Virus record (IMG/VR): IMGVR_UViG_3300038393_000804
Coordinates: 19,598-83,597 of that record
Length of the DNA stretch: 64,000 nt
Source of the DNA: a virus
Taxonomy: Duplodnaviria; Heunggongvirae; Uroviricota; Caudoviricetes
Direction: 5' to 3' (one strand)
Part shown: positions 27,619-37,800 of the stretch, one piece after another
How the letters are laid out: each line of letters starts with the position of its first letter
Position numbering within the stretch: the stretch's first letter is position 1
Notes under the pieces: model-generated
What the model saw: only the letters and a program-made list of their open reading frames with translations
Told to the model about the DNA's origin: nothing
Databases searched by the model: none
Program-made: the position numbers and the translations under genes

Positions 27619-30600
27619 CTATTTTTTATTAGTAGTTGCATCGTAGATTCCTTTTTCAAGGTCTTCTTCTGTAACACTGTAATCTATTCCATTTGCGCCA
27701 GTCAAGTCGTTCCATTTTTGCATTAACCATTCATGCCATGTGTCATCGTCCTTGGCATTTAAGCCCAAACCAGAATAGTAGCTGTCAAGCTTACCCATAG
27801 AATCTCCAATGACCATACCCTTATGTCCGTTGATACCAGCAGTGTACTGACGACCTTGATAATGAACTGGCATCATCATGACCGCTTGGATAAGAGCTTT
27901 CTTTCTCCGCCAGTTTTCAGCAACACCTTCAGCAGCAGTTGAGAAGATAGCCGTTGCAATACCTGTAAAGATATTGTCTTCCAGTAGGAATCCTCCAACT
28001 TTCATAAAGGAACCTAAGACTTTGCTTCCGCCGCCGACGCCCTTCAGTACGTTTTCGATAACACCAGCCGCGCTCTTAACGGCTTTGTATTCACTCTTAC
28101 TCATGACTTCTCCAGTATCTTTAAGAAGTGTTCCTTCTTTGAAGGAGCCTTTCACTTTCTTCGTGATTCCGTTGCTGACGTTTCTCATTTCCTTGAGGAC
28201 ATCGTCCTTATCTGCTCCGTCTGCCATATTCGAGTACTTCTCGTAAAGGTCTTTAAACTTCTTGATGTCCGCATCATTGTCTGGCAATTTTGCCACATGC
28301 TTCTTCAATGTCTTGACGGCAGTCTCCTTGGAAAGCTTTCCGCCACCTTTGATAAGCTTAGAAATAGCTTGGCTTGGAATTACCTTTCTTAACATACGTG
28401 CTCCAAACTTCTTCGCCATTAGGATAGCTGCAAACTCAGTTGCTAGTACCCATCCCCAGTGAGTCATTGCCATCATTGCTTTATCATCATTTACTACACA
28501 AGCATCAGGCTGAATAGATGAAACAAATCCAGTCTCATGTGAGAAGTGATGAGTGACAGCCTTACAAAGGATGTTTCCTTGCATGTCATTCATGTTGTCT
28601 GTCATGAAGATGATGTCGTGAGGCTTAATCGTTGGGTCACCAAGAATAAGGATTTCACCTTTATACATATCTTTCATGTAGTCACGAAGAGCACTTGCTC
28701 CGTAGTAGATAGCCTGTTGTTCTGTTGAGAAGAAGTCCAGACCTTGTCTCTTCTTATGAACAAGCTGAGCATCAATAACAGTTGTTGTTTGCTTGTCGAA
28801 ACGAATGTCCCAGTCAGCCATGATTAATGGAGTTTGCTTACCATCGTAGTTCACGATGACGTTTGTATAGATATCCTCTGCCGAAGCCTTCAGCTTATTA
28901 CTGATAATATCCATTGTTCCATCTATGATGTGAGCTTGCATGAATGGTTTGCGGTGTTCAACGTCACGATAGCGAGTCCATCCTTTTTTCTTTTCATCCC
29001 ACTCATATCGGCTATCATACTGATAAGCCATTTCCCAGTAAGGTTTACCAAAGAATAGAGTAGAACGAAGTTCAAATGGATGAACTGCCGCGATATAATC
29101 TGGAGAACAATACGCAATCGTCTGAGCAATATCCCAAGTCGTATTATTATAGAAAGGAACAATGATGTTTGCTTCGTCACCTTCAGTTCCCCACTTCCAG
29201 ATTGGACCATCTATGTTAAATGGAATTTCTGAACCATCCTGATAGTTGTATTCACTGAATGTATTTAATCCGTTACTTGAGTAGATATTCTGTGCCGCTT
29301 CACCATAGTCATGGTTGTACCACATAATGTTACCTGGAGGCGTTGCCCCTGGAGTTCCAAAGTGCATAATACCTAGTGGATTGTCACGGAAGAATTTATC
29401 TCCTGACTTCAAGTTGATAACGTCCTTCAACCAGTTACCCTTAGATGTCATAAGCTTACAAATAAGGTCACGAGGCTCTGTACAAACCAGAATATTTGCA
29501 TTCGTATCACTTGGGTCACCTGAAATAACATTTGTCAGTTCCAGTCCATCACCCTGAGCAACAATCTGCACGACCTCTTCTGTATTCATTTCAGTAATTG
29601 TACCGTTGAATACAACTGGAAGGTCTACTACACTTGAGCCATATCCCATCCGTAAATGGATTCTTGCACCAGTTTGTAGATACATAGAGTCTAAGAGTTC
29701 CTTACGGGCATCCAGAATTTCATCGTTCGGATTTCCCCAGACAAGGTTGTCCCAGAACTTGTAATCCCACTCACTGTAAGCTGTATCCATTGCACGGCTT
29801 GTCAAGTTACTGTAGATGTTTGTCATTTCAATAATGGCAGTATCAGCAGCAATCTTACGGCTCTTATGAATGTCGATAGACTGAATGGCATTGTATCCGT
29901 ACAGGTTATCCCATAGTTTGTAGTTCGTCATCCATCGTCCTTCATCAATGATAAACATTTGGAAGGTTGGGAATGCACGAAGCAAACGATACTTCTGGTC
30001 ATAGCGAATCATGTCTGTGAATAGTCTAGGGAAGATATCCTGCGGCGACGAATTAAATAGAAGGTTGTTGGCGTCCGTCATATACTTGTTGAATTGCTTG
30101 TACATCGTATAGTTCGTTGCCCAATCAGGGTTGCCGTAGTTTCCAGCTACCACTGAATCTATTAAATCATCTGTTCCGTCAGGCATTTTGATAAGACCAG
30201 CATAAGGGTTTACCTCATAGGTATCATCATTATTCTTGCCGCCATTCACATAGTTGCCATTGCTTATCTTCTTCTGCATGTACTCTTCATAGATTTTCTT
30301 CACATCATCAGAAGTCTGCGCCTTCAACCATTTCTTCGTGTCTGCTTTGTTCTTCTTATCTTTAAGGTATCCTGCAGCCAGTAAGTCTGTAATCATATCA
30401 TCCTTGTTGCCTTTGATAAGGTTTAACTGATGAACAGTGTAGCCATTCTTCCAGCTCATGATATCTACATCTACAGTTGTTCCTGGTGATGCATACAGAT
30501 ACTCGTACTTGTTGTAATAAGATTCAAAGATAGTATAAACATAATTGAAGAACGGGCTATTTGTGTCGCCTTTGTCAGCAGCACCTGTGTCTGAGCCAAG

Positions 30601-33600
30601 AGCAATATTGCCAGTTGCATAGGCATAAATCATCCAGTCCCACGGAGCAGCATTATACGTAATGTCCTTTTGCTTCACTGCTGCATCCCATGCCTCGGCT
30701 AGGAACTTGAATCCTACTTCCATGTTATAAGCCCAGTCCCATAGAAGACGTTTCGCATCTTCTACCTTTTCTGCTTCAGATGCAAGTGGAACACCCATGA
30801 TACCAGCCGCATTGCCAGTTCCATCTATCATCGGCATACCCGTATCGAAGAATTGCTTCCATTTACTTCTTACATGGATAATTGCTTTGACGAGGTTAGC
30901 CATACGCTCTCTTGGTAGCTTGCTGCCAGTCACTTTGTAATCAGATAGGCTTAAGCTTCCTTTCTTCGTATCTGAATCTTTCTTTGTCAGATACTTTGGA
31001 TGCTTGCTTGCTACATAATCATAGTTGACAGCATACATATCATCTTGCGTAGAATAGGTAACTTTCTGCCAAGCCTTATTCGTTACATCGACATTTGTAT
31101 CATCAAAGAGCTTGCCTTTGCCTGTGAAATACTTGTCTATCAATGAATATATCTTTGTGTAGACACCCACTGTAGATGGATTCTTTTGGTCAATAAATGA
31201 ATTGTAGTCTCTGTACTGGAGGTCTAATCCCCATTTGTTGAATTCCTCTTCTGTCGGAGGAGTCTTTATGTTCTCGCGGTTGCTAACAAAGTCTTGAACT
31301 TCTTTGCTCTTGAACTTAGCCGTAGGCTGTTCATTGGCTTTCTTTTCGTCCGTTACTGCTCCGTCCCAACTGAACTTAGGGTCAATCTTAGAACTCTTTC
31401 CATCAATCTCATTCAGCAATGCCCACTGCTCGTCCGTACCATCCAATAGATTAGGAGATTGGGAGCTAGTCACCATTTCAACACCATGCATATCTCTCAT
31501 GCTCATGCTGACTTCGGTCTTTGATTTCTCACGTATCAATTCACGAACGGTAACAGGTGTAGCCATGTAGAAGTCTGGGTCTACATAGATGCCGCCAGTA
31601 CGGTTCTCATAGATACTGAATCCAGTTGTAATGTATTGCAGGTCACTATTCAACTCATCGTAAGTTGGAAGCTCAAGGTCAGGATACACTTCGAGGCGCT
31701 TCATCTTCATCTCGATGATAGCTTCATCAACAGCTGGGTTGTAGCTGCTTGCTTCACGAGTTTCTCTGCCTGGAGTTCCATTAACAGGAGAGATGCCTTC
31801 AAGAGTTTCAGTGCGCTTCTGTGTCTTGTCAAACCCACATAGAGTCATGCTGACTTGGTAGCGCCCAGGGAATCCTGGCACAGTACGATACACAAGGTTT
31901 TCTATCATACAAGTTTGAATGCCGAATAACTGCATTAAATGGTTCTTTACGCCGAAGAATCCAGACGTGATACCAGTACGATACTCTCTTGCGTAACGCT
32001 CTGTTTCGTCCACTAGCCATTTCAGTTTATTAATCGCGCCATCGTCTGCTTCAAATTCAAGCTGAACATATGGGTCTTGACCACCAAGGAATTGGAATGT
32101 AGGCCTTCCTAGTTCTTGAAGCTGAACTGTACTAAATTGGTTTTCATACATCACTTGAACAGCTGTACAAATCAGACCAGGGATGTCATAATCAATCAGA
32201 TTGAAATACGCCTCTGTTTCATTTGCAACAGCCTGTAAGTTTTTGTATTTCTCAACCTCTTTAACATACTCTTTTTCTGCTTCCATACCAGTATCAATAA
32301 TGCCTTGTAATGTACCAATCTCTATTCCAGGGACAATAAGAACGGTGAACTCTCCATCCTTTGTAGCATTATCTCGGTATTGTTTAGGGAAACGTTTGAT
32401 GTTGCTATCTTCGTACAAACGAATCTTAATAACACCATTGTCTTCCTCTGTGATGTCTGGCTTATCTGTTGTTGCCATCCAGCTGTGTGGAACAGCATAG
32501 TGAGAAACGCTTTGGATATAAGCTTCGCCTTTGTCACCATAAATAGCTGACCATGCAGGATTCTTGGTATCCTGACCCATTCCAAAATGTTTTGCTAACC
32601 ACTCTGCATCTTCTTTGACAGTTCCATTTTCAATAGCTTTCAGATAGTTTGAATACATGGAAACAACGTGTTGGGCCGCCCATGCATCGGCATACAATCG
32701 TCCAAGCTTTGTGTTGTCAGGAGAATTGCTGTTCAATGGATTCTTTGTTCCATCCTCCATCGTGCTTCCTAGTGGATTCAATATCTTATCCGCTGTAGGC
32801 ATCTGGGCTGCAGGATTCTCAAACTTAGACTTCGCCGTTGTAGGGTCATCCATATATCGCATATCACGCATTGCCTGTTTTCTGTCGATTAAATCTTGCT
32901 CATCAACAATCTGGAACTTGAACTCATTTGTTAATCCAGAGTCAGGAATAGGCTCAAGATAAGTACGATACGGATTGCGGTCTGCCATTTCTATATCGTC
33001 ACGCATAGATTGCTGATAGTACCAGCGTAGTAACGGATAGTTAATAGCTTCACCAAGGAATCCTAATTGAGGCATATAGGCTTCATGTTCAAACTCTGCC
33101 AATACTAATGTAGCAGATATAGAATGTGGGAATCCTGGGACTGTCTGAATAGACAAGTTGACAAGAGCCACGCTCTGAATACCTAATGTTTCATTAATAT
33201 ATACGTTATCAATAGGAAGGAAAGGAGCCTTTTTAAATTGAGCAATTAATGGGCGTAATCCATCCATTGAGTAAAAGCGACCTGGAAGGTCTTTATGCAT
33301 TAGCTGTTTATGTCCATTGATAGAATCAATATCATGGAAGTAGAGCTGTAAGGTTAGCGTCGTCGTAGAAGACCCAGATTTAATCATCATGGACTGCTTA
33401 CTACGAAGCGTCTTTATCTTTTGAATAGAAGACGTACTATTTACCTCAATCGCAAGTGGTGGAATAACCAGCGACACATCTCCAATGCGGACTCTATGGT
33501 CAGTTCCGTATCCGTCTTCTTTACGGTCATCATCAGGAACGATGAAATCAATTTGATTATTGTAAGACTCTGTTAGTTTTACTTCAACCGTATAGCCGTC

Positions 33601-34878
33601 TGTGATTGGTGTTGTTGGTCCATCGTTATTTGCTTTCTTATCTTCTGCTTTAAGTTCTTTGATTCTATCTCCAAGACCATAATCATCATCTGACTTACGA
33701 ATACCAGCATCTATTAACCATTGTTGCGTATCAATCCTACCTGGGTCATCATCAATGAAATGGTAGTAAGGAATAACTAGAGGAGCAGATGGAACAATTT
33801 TTGATTTTGTTGCCATCAATGTTTTACAGATGTTCTCTGCATAAACAGGTGTACCAGTGAAGAACACGTTCGGGTCTTTTTCATCTGTCTTGTAAACAGC
33901 CGCCGTCACACGTCCATATTTGTCTCGGTTAAGAATGTCATGAGTATGTCCATCTGTATCATAAATAATAGATTTAGAGTCAGCTTCTAATACGATTAAT
34001 CCGCTATTATCTCCAGATGTACCAAGCTTGCCTTTCGAAAAGTCCCACGCTTCCTTACCAATCTGGAAAGCCTGAGATGAGCTTACATTATAAGCCGCAC
34101 AATATTCGTAGTTACGTGTAACCCCTTGAGTATATCCGTGCTCAATTGTTTCAGGAGCATTGATTCCTAGGAAACGGATATTAAGGTTATCACCCTTTTT
34201 AATAGGAGGGTCATACTGATAATCTGTTCCATCTACGGTGAACATAGGAACAGCTTGAGCTACTTTCTTACCTACCGCAAGTACATGGAATCCGTCAATT
34301 GTATCACCGTCAATAACAGCTCCTAAAGCTGCTTCGCCAGTTTGTGGGTCAACATAACCATCCTCTTTTGTAGCAAGTCTACCAACGATTAACCAGTCAG
34401 ATTTATCTAGCTCTTCTTCATTTCCTGCTGTAACTCCAGTGCTTGCCCCGTTGTCTCCAGCAGTAACCTGCATCTTGAATTCACTTGCTGTAATCTCTTC
34501 GCCTTGCTCTGTGGCAATTGGAATCATATCCATTAAGCCTGTGCCAGCATTATCACTTGCATCAACAGTAGCTAGTAAGCGAAGAAGGGTAACATTTACA
34601 TCTAAATGAATTAGCTCGTCCCCATTCATTCGAGCATCAAATAGATTTGTTGTATCGTTTAAGAAATCTCTCCATGCATATTGGAATGGATAGTTATCTA
34701 CTTTGCGCTCAATGGCAGAGAGGACCCCGTCTAAACGAGGCCCCACACTTGCTCCACCATCTGTTGCGTCAATAGAGGCTCTTAACATTCTGCCGCTTGG
34801 AGCGACATAAGAGACTATCCATGGTTCACTTGTAGAACGCTTGAAGAGGGCTTGCACCCTCAGTTGTCTTGTCTCCAT
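27619..34878 (-). CDS. Giant baseplate hub fusion (2419 aa): thermonuclease (SNase) domain, tube-like domains, degenerate SLT-like domain, gp27-like hub
   Basis: VIDGDT...IRFLGINAPET...DKYGR (SNase); KAIIHVRS...AAGIMGV...YNMEVGFKFL...AYATG (SLT-like); TGARIHLRMGYG...VFNGTITE...IVAQGDG (hub). Confidence 0.75.
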   Translation of the reverse strand: METRQLRVQALFKRSTSEPWIVSYVAPSGRMLRASIDATDGGASVGPRLDGVLSAIERKVDNYPFQYAWRDFLNDTTNLFDARMNGDELIHLDVNVTLLRLLATVDASDNAGTGLMDMIPIATEQGEEITASEFKMQVTAGDNGASTGVTAGNEEELDKSDWLIVGRLATKEDGYVDPQTGEAALGAVIDGDTIDGFHVLAVGKKVAQAVPMFTVDGTDYQYDPPIKKGDNLNIRFLGINAPETIEHGYTQGVTRNYEYCAAYNVSSSQAFQIGKEAWDFSKGKLGTSGDNSGLIVLEADSKSIIYDTDGHTHDILNRDKYGRVTAAVYKTDEKDPNVFFTGTPVYAENICKTLMATKSKIVPSAPLVIPYYHFIDDDPGRIDTQQWLIDAGIRKSDDDYGLGDRIKELKAEDKKANNDGPTTPITDGYTVEVKLTESYNNQIDFIVPDDDRKEDGYGTDHRVRIGDVSLVIPPLAIEVNSTSSIQKIKTLRSKQSMMIKSGSSTTTLTLQLYFHDIDSINGHKQLMHKDLPGRFYSMDGLRPLIAQFKKAPFLPIDNVYINETLGIQSVALVNLSIQTVPGFPHSISATLVLAEFEHEAYMPQLGFLGEAINYPLLRWYYQQSMRDDIEMADRNPYRTYLEPIPDSGLTNEFKFQIVDEQDLIDRKQAMRDMRYMDDPTTAKSKFENPAAQMPTADKILNPLGSTMEDGTKNPLNSNSPDNTKLGRLYADAWAAQHVVSMYSNYLKAIENGTVKEDAEWLAKHFGMGQDTKNPAWSAIYGDKGEAYIQSVSHYAVPHSWMATTDKPDITEEDNGVIKIRLYEDSNIKRFPKQYRDNATKDGEFTVLIVPGIEIGTLQGIIDTGMEAEKEYVKEVEKYKNLQAVANETEAYFNLIDYDIPGLICTAVQVMYENQFSTVQLQELGRPTFQFLGGQDPYVQLEFEADDGAINKLKWLVDETERYAREYRTGITSGFFGVKNHLMQLFGIQTCMIENLVYRTVPGFPGRYQVSMTLCGFDKTQKRTETLEGISPVNGTPGRETREASSYNPAVDEAIIEMKMKRLEVYPDLELPTYDELNSDLQYITTGFSIYENRTGGIYVDPDFYMATPVTVRELIREKSKTEVSMSMRDMHGVEMVTSSQSPNLLDGTDEQWALLNEIDGKSSKIDPKFSWDGAVTDEKKANEQPTAKFKSKEVQDFVSNRENIKTPPTEEEFNKWGLDLQYRDYNSFIDQKNPSTVGVYTKIYSLIDKYFTGKGKLFDDTNVDVTNKAWQKVTYSTQDDMYAVNYDYVASKHPKYLTKKDSDTKKGSLSLSDYKVTGSKLPRERMANLVKAIIHVRSKWKQFFDTGMPMIDGTGNAAGIMGVPLASEAEKVEDAKRLLWDWAYNMEVGFKFLAEAWDAAVKQKDITYNAAPWDWMIYAYATGNIALGSDTGAADKGDTNSPFFNYVYTIFESYYNKYEYLYASPGTTVDVDIMSWKNGYTVHQLNLIKGNKDDMITDLLAAGYLKDKKNKADTKKWLKAQTSDDVKKIYEEYMQKKISNGNYVNGGKNNDDTYEVNPYAGLIKMPDGTDDLIDSVVAGNYGNPDWATNYTMYKQFNKYMTDANNLLFNSSPQDIFPRLFTDMIRYDQKYRLLRAFPTFQMFIIDEGRWMTNYKLWDNLYGYNAIQSIDIHKSRKIAADTAIIEMTNIYSNLTSRAMDTAYSEWDYKFWDNLVWGNPNDEILDARKELLDSMYLQTGARIHLRMGYGSSVVDLPVVFNGTITEMNTEEVVQIVAQGDGLELTNVISGDPSDTNANILVCTEPRDLICKLMTSKGNWLKDVINLKSGDKFFRDNPLGIMHFGTPGATPPGNIMWYNHDYGEAAQNIYSSNGLNTFSEYNYQDGSEIPFNIDGPIWKWGTEGDEANIIVPFYNNTTWDIAQTIAYCSPDYIAAVHPFELRSTLFFGKPYWEMAYQYDSRYEWDEKKKGWTRYRDVEHRKPFMQAHIIDGTMDIISNKLKASAEDIYTNVIVNYDGKQTPLIMADWDIRFDKQTTTVIDAQLVHKKRQGLDFFSTEQQAIYYGASALRDYMKDMYKGEILILGDPTIKPHDIIFMTDNMNDMQGNILCKAVTHHFSHETGFVSSIQPDACVVNDDKAMMAMTHWGWVLATEFAAILMAKKFGARMLRKVIPSQAISKLIKGGGKLSKETAVKTLKKHVAKLPDNDADIKKFKDLYEKYSNMADGADKDDVLKEMRNVSNGITKKVKGSFKEGTLLKDTGEVMSKSEYKAVKSAAGVIENVLKGVGGGSKVLGSFMKVGGFLLEDNIFTGIATAIFSTAAEGVAENWRRKKALIQAVMMMPVHYQGRQYTAGINGHKGMVIGDSMGKLDSYYSGLGLNAKDDDTWHEWLMQKWNDLTGANGIDYSVTEEDLEKGIYDATTNKK

Positions 34879-34889
34879 CCTTTAACCTC

Positions 34890-37800
34890 CTAGAAAGCAT
34901 AGCCACCTCCGATGGCTTTTGCTACAACTCCCTGCAACCAGTTCGGGTCTATGTTTTGAGTGTTGTCATTGACATTGATGTTTGTATCTAGCTTTGTATT
35001 CGTCATTGCGCCAAGCTCTTGGTGAACAATAGATGCAATTTGCTGCTCAGACATGTTCTTCACATTCTTTGCATTTACCTTGATGTTTACATATTCACCA
35101 TTGTTTTGGGTAATACGCGCTGTTGGATTTGTGTCCATTGGCGGTGCGGCTGGTGCAGGATTCTGCGTCTGTGCCTGCAATCCTTCAGGAGTAGGACCGC
35201 TACGGATGAGCGCACTTGCCGCCCACATTGCACCGAATGCCAATGCTCCTTTGCCGAATCCTCCGCCACCATGCATTAGGTTAGGAGCAAACTTTCCAAT
35301 CATAGAGGAAAGCTTCTGACTGCCCTCTTCCGCAACAGTCGCTCCACTTAATTGATGGTCGGATGGGTCAAATCCTTTACCAAGAGATTCAATCAGTGAT
35401 TGGTCTCCGCCGCCTTCTATTCTGCCATGAGTAGTAAGTAATGACCTTACCCATCTATCCTGGCCTTCCTGCATTACCTGCTTAGTATCGTCATCAGCCA
35501 ATTCCATTAGGCTGCCAACAACTTGTGTCGGAGCAATATGGTTTTCCATGCCCAACATGACGCCAGCAACTCTCTTCTGCTCTTGTCCTAGTGACTGTCC
35601 TAGCTTAAGAGAGTTATTGAAGAATCCGCCAGTACGGTTGTTCCACACTGCTACCTTCTGAATCATATCGAGAGCATTTACCATCTTCTTTTCATCTTTG
35701 AAGACTTGAATCTCTTCGTTATGTTTAATGAATTTTTCTTTATTAGCATCCGTAGGATTCATTAAAGCTTCAATCATGTCTTGAAGTTTATTGTATCGAA
35801 CATCTACGGCTTCCATCGCACGCTGTCTTGCAGTAGCCATGTGGTCGTCATTATGGAAATCTAAGTCTTTATCAAGACTAAATTGACGCTCAATCTCAGC
35901 CTCAACGCTAAATTTCTTAGCAGAGATGGAATCCTGAGAGAAGGCCGCAGTGAATTCTTCAATAGCATTACGGAAGTCAGCACCAGCTGTTTTAAATCTA
36001 CTTGCCGTGTCAGCTTTGATTTTTCCATGAGCTTCTAATGTATCCAACGTTGCCGTAGAAAGGTTTACGATTCTATCACGGGCGTTATCAATCAAACCGA
36101 CGAATTCTTTACCGAGACGAGCTTCACGAGTTTCAAGAATGTCTTCAGGATTTAAATACTTACTCTTGATTCCTTCGTTGCCGAATCTCATGAGCAAGGA
36201 CTTCTGTTCCTTCGAAAGCTCTGCGCCTTCAACACCTTGAGCCATTTGCTGTTTAACTGCTTCAGCTTCATTTACCCTCTTGGATAATTCACTAACAGTG
36301 ATGTTCATATTCTTTGCTGCATTGAACATATCGTCCTGCAAGTCTGCTAGAATTCTAGAGCCTTCAATATGGGCTAGTTCAGATTCCCTTGCATTTAATG
36401 TTTTTAACTCACCATGGATAGCCATTGCACGTTTTTCATCTGTGCTATAGTGAGCCATAACAGAGGATAAGAAGTCACCATCATAGTCGGCTTTTAGTCG
36501 GGCCGCAGTACCAACTGTTAAACGAGCAGTACGGTCAGTCGGGTCAATCGAGTCATCTATTTGAATCCTCATTGCCTGAACAGTGGACTGCTTGATTGTT
36601 GGATAACGGTTCACAAATCCATATAAACCTTTCTCGTTAACATTAGCAAGTACTTTATTGACTAATTCTTCGCCATGCAAGCCTTCCTCGTAAATGCCCA
36701 TTGCTTTGGCAGCATTAATAGTTGTTTCATTAGCGTAGCCTTTACTGTCCGTAATCATCTCTTTAAAACGGTCACGGCTGACATACAATGAACCCTCTTG
36801 GTATTTAGCTGTTCTTGACTGCGCCATCATACCGTTTCCTACGTCTTCGTAGTTGGCAAATGGGTTAACCCCTTGAATACGGAATCGACCAGCGTTGCTC
36901 ATCTTAGCAGCACCAAAGGTTTTCTGTATCCCACCATCACGAGAGTTTGACAGCATACGAGCAGCTTTGTTTTCGTACTCATCAGCAAGGTCGTTGATGC
37001 GTCCTTCTAATCGTTCGCGCATCTCATTTGCTTCACCTTCGGACAGCTTGCCGTTCATATTCATCTTGTTATACTGCTGAATATTTCTCCACAATTGCTG
37101 TTGGATAGTCTGCAGTTCCCTTGTTACAGGAATGACAGCTGTGTCGCCTTTCGTAATATCACCGAAGTCAACAAGGCGAAGGTACTTACGGGTAATTGCC
37201 TCAGAGCTTGGAAGTTCAAGTAAAGCTGTTCCTCCATTGTTCTTGAAGGCTTGAGCAAATGATACGCCGTCTTCAAACTTACCTTGAGTACGTCCAAAGT
37301 CAATAATGGTTTGTGCATACATCTGTGCTGTTCTGACTGTGTCCTTAGCGGTTACGTCTGGAATATCCTGCAGAGCATGCATAGAGATTTCGCGCACGCC
37401 ATCAGCTCTTGTGCGTCCATGTTCTCTACCGTCCACGTCGTCATCATGCCAAGAACCTGTAGCCGTTGTACGAATGATAACATCGCCCTTGTCAGGAGTT
37501 ACTTCATCAGCATACACAACAGATTTAACCAATGCCTGACCAATTCTACGCACATCTTTGCTCTGTGCTTCAGCAGATGTTTTAATATGGTCTTGCAGCC
37601 ATCCAGTAACAGCACTTCCTCTTCCAAGGATGCTATTAGCACGGGCTGTAATCATATCAACTTCTTTACGTCCATAACGCACAAGACCAGCGGAGTTTTC
37701 GTCTACAAGACCGACGCCGTTTTCCCAGTCATATACGTTTTGTCTTCCGATACCAAGATTACCGTGATGAACGACTCCACTTGCGTTATCTAGCTTAACA

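Noticed and set aside
37284-37793. 169-aa plus-strand ORF inside the RNAP gene
   Set aside because: Antisense shadow, Cys/Ser-rich with non-protein-like composition.
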